64,000 nucleotides of DNA from Eledone cirrhosa (taxonomy: Eukaryota): the NCBI GenBank assembly GCA_964016885.1, contig OZ024743.1:188666001-188730000 (forward strand), written 5' to 3'. Positions 55,270-64,000 of the stretch are shown piece after piece. The notes under the pieces are model-generated. The model was not told the DNA's origin, searched no databases, and saw only the letters and a program-made list of their open reading frames with translations. A program made the position numbers and the translations under genes. Each line of letters starts with the position of its first letter. Position 1 is the stretch's first letter.

Positions 55270-55715
55270 TTGGCTCCCACTTTGAAGGATACACTTTTGC
55301 AATCCAAGAACAGGAAATCAACAAAAATAACTGATTCACAAAAGAAATAGGGATGCAGGCAAAACACCTAGATATGACAAGTGCAGACTGCCGAATTAAC
55401 ATCGAAGATGTCATCATGGTACTATCTACCTATGAGGCGTGATGTAGTGGCCAAAACACTGTACGATGCAATCTGTAGAAAGGATAGCCCTGATAATAAA
55501 CACATTAAAAGCTACAGTAATGAGGAAGACATACATATACATAATATGAAAGAGTACTGGTGGAATGTTTCAGTAAAAACCCCAATAAAATGCAGACATA
55601 ACAGACCAGATATAATGATATGGGACAGGGAAAAGAAGGCATGCACGGTAGTGGAAGTTAGCTGCCCAACAGATGCCAATATAATATCAAAGATTAGCGA
55701 AAAGGAGAATAGCTG
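55270..55715 (+). mobile_element. RLE-type (R4-like) non-LTR fragment
   Basis: EGYTFAIQEQEI, MRRDVVAK, WWN..HNRPDIMIWD...VEVSCP.D..KE restriction-like endonuclease motifs. Confidence 0.8.
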
Positions 55716-55994
55716 CATTCATACATATACATATATATAAGTTGGATAACTGATTTCGGATTCATAGAAACACTTTAAACGTGCATCGTTTAATTTGTCC
55801 AGCTGTATCTTTTTAACCTGTTAGTTTTTCGTTACTTTGTTATTGTGTGGTTAGGTTTTGTCTACCGCAATGTTCAATTTGTCAAGCTATTTAAAGGTAT
55901 GTTATTAATCCAAGGACCTACCCTTATTGAGTGCTTTGCTAACTCATTCATATTGTAGGTCGATTTTGCTTGCCCACAGCCAAAGCTTCCACTT

Positions 55995-56009
55995 ATACAT
56001 ATATATACA

Positions 56010-56041
<32 letters not shown>

Positions 56042-56146
56042 CATATATATACATATACATATATATATATACATACATATATATACATATATATATATAC
56101 ATATACATACATATATATACATATACATATATATACATATATATAC

Positions 56147-56177
<31 letters not shown>

Positions 56178-56248
56178 CATACATATATATACATATACAT
56201 ATATATACATATATATACATATATATATACATATATATATATATATAC

Positions 56249-56313
<65 letters not shown>

Positions 56314-56383
56314 TATACATATATATACATATATATATATACATATATATATACATATATATATACATATATATATACATATA

Positions 56384-56421
<38 letters not shown>

Positions 56422-56485
56422 TATACATATATATACATATATATATATACATATATATATACATATATATATACATATATATATG

Positions 56486-56548
<63 letters not shown>

Positions 56549-56586
56549 TTATTAAAATAACAGATTAAAGTTTAAGCAAAGAATCG

Positions 56587-56627
<41 letters not shown>

Positions 56628-56640
56628 TGTATATATTTAT
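55995..56640. repeat. (TA)n/(TACA) microsatellite
   Basis: Direct reading. Confidence 0.95.
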
Positions 56641-57889
56641 TTATTAAAATATTTTAATAAATATTTGCTCTATGGTTCTTAAATATTTTATATATATTTA
56701 TCCTTATCGAGCCCTCTTTGGATTTTAGTCTTCAAATGTATTATTATTACTATATATATATATATATGCCTATGTATATAATTACATACATACATTTATT
56801 TTTTTTAATTAATTGAGTTCTTTACACGAGGAATTGATATTAGTTTTGAAATAACTAATTAACCCGCGTGTGTTTTATATTTTACTCTTAATTCGGCCGG
56901 AGATATACATTCCCATTTGCCCTTTAAAGCATAACTTTCCGTATTTACTACGGTTACGAGATGCGGTTTCTTATTCAGGTACAACCTCTGATTTTAGCCT
57001 AAGAAAATATCTATATGCGTGTGTAATTTATACACGAATATATTTATTTTTTTAATTTCAATTGAGTTCTTAACACGTTGGATTAATAATGTTTTCGAAA
57101 AAACTAATTAACCCGCGTGTATATTTTTTTTTTCCTCCTTTCGTGGATCGTAGTTGTCTCCCCTTCCCGCTTAGTGACGCTATAATACTTCCTCAGTCAA
57201 AAACTGCTGGAATTTCAAATTTGCCGGTCATTCGATGCGGGAAGGAGCAACTTAAACAGACACGAATTTTAACTGCGGTAAGAAAAAAAATTTTCTTATA
57301 TCAAAGTTTAATGGGCTTCCACTGATGATTTATAGGCGCCCATCTAAATATATTCTAACATGAATGTATTTTAGGCTTCTACATAAACTGGAAATATTCT
57401 CCGAGATTGTAGAAAACTTATAATGAAACAATTGTTTGGAAAGAGAGATATATTTTAACTTTAATTATATCTCATAAAATAATACAACTGGCTTTTCCAC
57501 ATAATACATATTGTTAGCACCCCAAACACTTAAATTGGGTTTATATTAAAATATAACCTAATGTTTGTTGAGTGAGATGGTTACCAGTCAGAGATTAGCT
57601 TTAAACTATCTCTGTTATTGTATTAATTATATATATATATATATTTTTGCGAGGTTTTTTATATGAAATCGTGTGTCGAAACAAATATTGTTATACTTGG
57701 GGAGGGTCATATTTGTGTAATAATATTGCCAGAATTAATAACAGAACACACTCACTGTTTGGTTGGTTTTTCGCTTCTGTGTCTTTTATATCGGTTAATT
57801 TAATTTATTTGGTCCTCAATGTTACCATTGACTGACCAACGGTCAAAAATACAGATACAATATAGACACAAACACATATATATAGTCTA

Positions 57890-57930
57890 ACAAAGTTCTT
57901 TCGTTGCACATCTGCAACATCGTCAGTGGT
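57890..57930 (-). ncRNA. Minimal hammerhead ribozyme in 3' pLTR
   Basis: CUGACGA-u-GUUGCA-GAUG-UGCAAC-GAAA-GAAC-U-U; weak stem I. Confidence 0.72.
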
Positions 57931-59526
57931 GCTATTATATTACCTCCTTATTTATTTATTTATTTTTGCCTTCACCTCTGCGCATGCGTTTGCGTGTGGG
58001 TATTGTGTTTGGGAGACTGTGTATTGCTTATTGTATTCTATCTTAGTTTACTAGTGTGTGTTTATATGTGTTTGTTGTTATTGTGCTTGTGTATGTATTT
58101 ATTTATTTTTTTTTTTCATTTATACTTCTCTTAGGTCAGTATTGTTTGTTTGGGTGTTGTTGTTACTCCATTCATTTTTTCTGTTTAGCATTGGCCTTCT
58201 AAGTTCTATTTCGCTGGCCTATCTGATTTGCCTATCTGCTGGGTCATTTCTATGTTTAGATATTATTTTGATTTCTATGTTGTCTATGTTACGTCGTGTT
58301 GTTGTCTGGCATGTTCGTATAGTACTGAACCGTTGTTTTGTCCTTTTAGTCCCCCCCCCCCCAGTGTTGGTCTATCCTTTCACCTATGCTACGAGCTGTC
58401 TCGCCTATGTATGTTGTTGTCATGTTTCTGCAAGTACCCTCTGTACATGTTATGCTATAGAATACGTTTCTAGTCTTACAGTTTTTCCGGGGGTTTACTT
58501 TACATATAATACATTTCCTATTAGTACAGTGGGTTTTCTTAAAAGAGTAGGTTTTATCGTGGTTACTGGCTTTTCTACAACCTTAATCTTTAAGTGGGTC
58601 TTTCTCATGGCCTTTCTACACTGGTTAGCTAATTTCCCTCCAGGGGTAGCGTCCACAAACATGGCACTCTTATATCTCTGGTTGTCGTACCATGAGGTGG
58701 CTTTCCCTATCTTATGTCTAGCCCTATCTAAGCTATTCATGATTTTCTCCTGTATAATGGGCAAATTCCTTTCATGTCCAGTTCTATGAGGGTCTTATAC
58801 TTCTCCGTGGCTCCTTCGTATACTCTGATTCTGTCTCTTTGGTTGTAGCCAGAGAACTGCATGCGGTTGATGAAGTGTTGGATGTGTCTTTCCATTTCTG
58901 TTGGGTCGCACATGCGGGACACGTTCTTCATCACTCGTACCAAGTCTGCGATCAGAATATTAAACTTAGCACTACTGGACATTGCTGAGTTTTTGAGTAT
59001 CAGTTATTTGGAGGCCATGGGTTTAGCGTAGTGTGAGTGGAGAATTTGGGCTCTCTCGTCTATAGTGTTAGTCCAGAGTTCCGTGTCTAATACAGGTAGT
59101 CTATTGTTAGGGTGTTTGGAAAGGTAGTCGATAGTTACAGTTATACTATGGTGTATGGAATTAGCTATCTGCTGGATGCTTTCCATTGTGCTACGTTCTA
59201 AATCAAACTTGTTAGTACTCTGATGTGGGGATGTTCTTATTACTATATTGATGTCGTCTACGTAACGAGAGTACATGATGAGGTCTATGGAGCTGTCATC
59301 AAGGAGATCTTTGAGTCTCCTTTCTCACCAGCTATGCTGACGCCAAATTTGAATATGTGGCCCTTTAGGGTAGTTTTGATACTAGCCCCTATTCCATGTG
59401 CGACCATTTTTGTGTGTGTGATGTGTGCTTAGTTTGCGCAAACTAAGCACACAACACACACACAAAAACAAGATGGCGTAGGACAGAACAAAGGAGAGGC
59501 ACAAAAAACAAAGAAAAGAACCCACA

Positions 59527-59569
59527 GTCACTGAAGAGGTCACAGAATGTGTGACGAAAGAACTTTGAC
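59527..59569 (+). ncRNA. Minimal hammerhead ribozyme in inverted pLTR
   Basis: GUCA-CUGAAGA-g-GUCACA-GAAUG-UGUGAC-GAAA-GAAC-U-U/UGAC. Confidence 0.82.
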
Positions 59570-59753
59570 AATATATAAACAACCATCTGGTTGTGGAACC
59601 AACCAACCAACCGGAAATTTATAAATTCCTAAATTTATAAATTTATTATAATAAATTGAAGTGAAAGCAACTGGTGCGTGTGTTTCTTATTGGCAACATG
59701 ACCCTCCCAAAGTATAACAATATATATATATATATATACACACACTCACACAC

Positions 59754-59794
<41 letters not shown>

Positions 59795-60304
59795 TACATA
59801 CATTTTCTTTTTAGGCTGATTTATTTTCTGAAAACCCAATTATTTACTCTAGCAAGCAACTGAGCAGTAAAGGAAATAATTGTGCATGACGATGATGATG
59901 GGGAAAATGATGAACATGATACTGATGATTGTCATAATCATTTTCATCAATGTTATCCTATCTGTGATGGTAAGCTTAATATAAAAATAGGTCATGGAAG
60001 AAACTAATAATTATAACAACACCAACATGAACAAAAATACAGCTGATGCAAACGGATTTGATTTTTAAGTTATTCCTGTGAAAGAATTTCTTGGAAATTA
60101 TAATGGATATAAAAATAATAGTTTGTAGAGTTAATAACTTTACTGTGACTAGCAAATCACTAATGGAAAATATACCAAGAGGGAATTTACAATATCTTTG
60201 ACAGTACCCTTTTTATTGCTGATAATTTATCCCCAACTCATTTGCAGAATAAGAAAATTACAATGATGATGATGGTGATGCTGCTGATAGTGATAATAAT
60301 ATTA

Positions 60305-60536
60305 AAAATAATAATAATAATAATATTGATTTCTACTATAGGCACAACTACAGCAATTTTGGTGAAGGGGAAAGTCGATTAAATCGACCCCAGTGCTTAC
60401 TAGTACTTTATTTTATTGTCCTCATACGGATGAAAGTCAAAGCTAACTGTGGCAGGATTTGAACTCAGAACGTAAAAGACCATAAGTTTATGCTGCAAAG
60501 CATAGTATCCAATGCTCTACCAATACTGCCAATCCC
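60305..60536 (-). mobile_element. SINE, near full length
   Basis: Same core and B-box as 3140-3340. Confidence 0.8.
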
Positions 60537-60549
60537 TGATAATGATAAT

Positions 60550-62290
60550 TGTAATTTGAAAACTTGGATGGGTACAAGAGTGAGCTGACTTCATGTTGAT
60601 AGACACTGGGATTTCTGAACATCAAGAACATATTTCAGCGAGACAGCTTTTGGCTTTGTTATTTGTATTGTGTATGGTTCCACTTTCATTAGTGTTGTGA
60701 AGATCATATGCTGTTTATTAGTGGGGAGGATGTTTGTTCAAGATAAACCACTGGCTGTTCATGGATGACGCAACACTCTATGAGAAATCATATGAACATA
60801 TTGATTCACTCGTTCAAACATTTCATACCTTCATCACAGACATAAGAGTGGAATTTGGCATAAAAATTGTGGGATGCTACTACTGAAGTGAGGTAGAATT
60901 AATAAGATGAAAGGTATTGAATTACCAGATAAACAAGTTATGAAGGAAATTTATGGCAATGGGTATAATTACTTTGGCATCCTGGAAACAGACCAAACGA
61001 AAGTGCTGTTATCAAAGCAATGTAAACGATGAGTGAAATTGGTGTTAAAGACAAAGTTAGATGTTAGGAATGAGATAGTGGCTATTAACACATGGGTTGT
61101 TGCAGTTCGAAGGTATAGCTGTGGTTTGATAGAGTAGAAATGTGATGAACATAAGGAGCTTGATAGAAAGACCAGGAAAATGATAATACTACAAGGAGCT
61201 CTAAAAGTGACGTAGGCAAGTTGTATCTATCATGACAGAAAGGAAGAAGAGTTTTCATTAGCTGTGATATGTGTGTTAAGTCTGAGTAAAATAATCTGGC
61301 ATAGCATGTAAAGAATTCAAAGGAGAGATTGATGACAGGAGTAAGAAAGATAAAGGTCCTAAGAAGTGATGAATCAAACAAAATGGAGAATTTAAACAAG
61401 ACAGACAGAATGACACTTTTAATAGATGGAAAGAAAAAATGTATGACCAATTCTAGCTGTGAAATGCCTGAGACAGTTGACGAAGATAAGAGCTGGGAAT
61501 GGACTAGGAAAAGTGTCTTAAAAGTTGAAACTGAAGTCCTTATATTCACTGCCAGGGAACAGTCACTGAGAATGAACTATATCAAGTTCAATATTGACAA
61601 GTCAGTGAATTCCTCATTTTGTAGGTTGTGTAGTGGAAAAGGTGAAACAATAAATCTCATTATTAATGAATGTAAGATGCTTGCTCAGAAAGAATACAAG
61701 AGAAGGCATGACAACATTGCCAGATTGGTTCACTGAAATCTCTGTCATATGTATGACATGAGCAGAAGTGAGAAATGGTATGAACATCAACCGGAAAGGG
61801 TGGCTGAAAATGAAGAGTATAAGATATTGTAGGACATGACCACCCAGTGAAACCATTTTATATGGGTAGAAATCCTGACATCGTTGTTGTAGAAAAGAAG
61901 AATAACAAGACAAGTATTGTACATATTGCTGCATCATGGGACCGCAGGGTGAATGTGAAGGAAAGTGAGAAAGTTGAAAAATACCAGAAGCTGAAGAGAG
62001 AAATCAGGAAACTGGAAAATCAAACATGTAGAAGTGGTACCGATTGTGGTTGGTGCACTGGGAGTAGTCAGTAAAAAGTTAGATGCATGGCTTGAGAAGC
62101 TAGGAATTACCATTATGATGGGATTGTTGCAGAAAACACCTTTTCAAGGAACAATAACAATTGTAAGGAGGGTATTAGAAAGTTGAAGGAGAATGAATGA
62201 CCCAGAAGACTATTGGCCATTGGCTCATTCTTTTGGTATAATCTTGGCGTACATCAGCCAGAGCAAAAGCTTTATGTATGATAATAATAA
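60550..62290 (+). mobile_element. 5'-truncated R4/Dong-like RLE non-LTR retrotransposon, degenerate
   Basis: INHWLFMDD (~60743), CRLC..ETINLIINEC..EYKRRHDNIA, NPDIVVV..EKVEKYQKL, (TAA)n tail. Confidence 0.87.
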
Positions 62291-62590
62291 TTGTTTCTAC
62301 TTTAGGCACAAGGCCAGCAATTACCCAGTGCATTACTTGTACTTTATTTTATCGACCCCGTAAGGATGAAAGGCAAAGTCAACTTCGGCGAATAATGGTT
62401 TCTGATTTAGGCACAAAGACAATAATTTTTTGTGGGGAGGGGAAAGTCGATTAAATCGACCCCAGTGTTTTACTGGTTCTTTATTTTATTGACCCCAGAA
62501 GGATGAAAGATAAAGCTAACCTCAGTAGGGTTTGAACTCAGAATGTAACTGGCCATAACTCTATGCCACAAAGCATGCCTGAAGCACTAC
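62285..62590 (-). mobile_element. Two adjacent SINE copies
   Basis: Core motif at 62290-62390 and 62397-62580. Confidence 0.8.
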
Positions 62591-62689
62591 AAATAATGAA
62601 AATCCAATAATAATAATAGTAATAATAACAATAATAATAAATTCTTTATTAACCATGGGCACAGGTCAAAGTTGAAGCATATATATATG

Positions 62690-63120
62690 CACCACCCACC
62701 CACTTCTAAACATCTCCCATGAGAACAGGCTGGAGTATACATCCAGTGAAGCCTCCAGCCCACATTGTAAAGCGGTCATGATGGCAACACCACAAAAAGG
62801 TCCCAGTCCTCACTTTAAAGTGGGTGTGATGATGACACAACAAAAAGCACCCAGCCCATTCTGTAAAGTAGTCATGTATGAGTCATGACAAAAAGCACCC
62901 ACTCCACACTGTAAAGTGGTCTTATAGGCCTCACAACAAAAAGCACCCATTACTCACTGTAAATGAGGTTGTCGTTAGGAGAGGCATCCAGCTCTAGGAA
63001 CTAAGCCAGAATCAGTTCTGAAGGAGCAAGACATGGTAACATGACGTAGCATTACTCACAACATGATAACTCGTCTAGCCCATGCTAGCATAGAAAAACG
63101 AACGTTAAACAGTGATGATG
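62690..63120 (+). mobile_element. SINE with V-domain-like core, internal ~45-50-bp tandem repeats and RTE-type tail
   Basis: Repeated aaaaagcaccca..ctgtaaag; ttaggagaggcatccagc; gcccatgctagcat..cgttaaac..tgatgatg tail shared with the RTE 3' end. Confidence 0.65.
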
Positions 63121-64000
63121 GTGGTTTTACATAAGGATCAAGACTGGCAGAGGACAATACATTAAAAAAAACATGTATGAAAGGAAAATAGCAAGAAGAA
63201 AATCAAAATCAGTAACAAAAAATGGAAAAAAAGAAATATTTCCCAATAGAATAAAACCTTTGAGCACTTTTTGCTGAAAAATCCCACAAAAAATGCAATA
63301 TTGAGAGTCTCAAATGGATTAAGATTGAGGTTTTTAAGATAAACTTCATAATAATGAAAAGTGATAATTATGCAAAAAGCATTAAATCCAAAAAGCAAGT
63401 ATAAATTGGCTGTACATGAAATGCACAGCTGGAGGAAAATGGCTGACACAAATAGAAAACTACTGTGAAATAACAATGGTTGGACTGGGAAAATGCTCAG
63501 AAGGAAATAGAGGAAAACTAATAAATGTAATAATGAAACATGAAAAAAGTTTTTTCTATATATTGGAAACAATAAATAGTTAAAGAGACAATAAACACCA
63601 TGAATACAGAATTACAAATCATACTAAAGAAGAAATGGCGAGAAAAACCATTCCATGGCCAATAATCGGCATGGCTTGACAAAGTAGAAGTAAATCAAAG
63701 TAAATGACAACAATGGTTCCAGATTAAAGCAAACATGGAAAGATTGATTCTCACTGCATAAGAGTAGTATCTGGCCATGAACAACTATAAATAATAAAAT
63801 AATTAAAATGCATCCTAATACAAAATGCAAAGTATGCAATCAGCACAATGAGATAGTTGATCAGATTATCCTTGACTGCCCATTTTTTGCCATGTCTGAA
63901 TATACATGTGAATATGTGTATATCAATACAATATCATGTTCACAACTATATCCACTTAGCAATATGCCATCACTTCAATGTGACAATGGACTAGAAGTGG

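Larger units (their letters stand above)
57686..59722 (-). mobile_element. Penelope-like element: RT (YVDD), linker and GIY-YIG, with inverted HHR-bearing pLTRs at both ends
   Basis: YSRYVDDI..LPVLD..YAKP (59004-59276); FSGY; FVDATPGGKLA..IKVVE; manual translation NVFYSITC..C..TYIGETARSIGERI (~58370-58470); terminal ~26 bp are inverted repeats. Confidence 0.9.

Overview
AT-rich eukaryotic intergenic/intronic DNA made almost entirely of decayed transposable elements and (TA)n/(CA)n microsatellites. The SINE/LINE repertoire suggests an octopus/cephalopod genome (inference). I found no host protein-coding exon, rRNA, tRNA or CRISPR array. Recognisable elements: RTE-clade LINEs carrying a PHD finger inside the RT region, a degenerate but apparently full-length Helitron (~3978-9313), a Tigger/pogo remnant, R4/Dong-like RLE LINE fragments, tRNA-derived SINEs, and many Penelope-like (PLE, GIY-YIG) fragments. 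The most striking signal is non-coding. About 17 type-I hammerhead-ribozyme (HHR) motifs with short, mostly palindromic stem III can be read by eye. Five of them lie one per monomer in a ~520-bp head-to-tail array with an internal inversion (21526-23825), which looks like a non-LTR retrozyme. A second ~632-bp multimeric family has the same architecture but no complete HHR. About eight insertions share a two-armed, 3'-ends-outward geometry, mostly inside (TA)n tracts. All structures were read manually, with no folding or database search, so boundaries are approximate.
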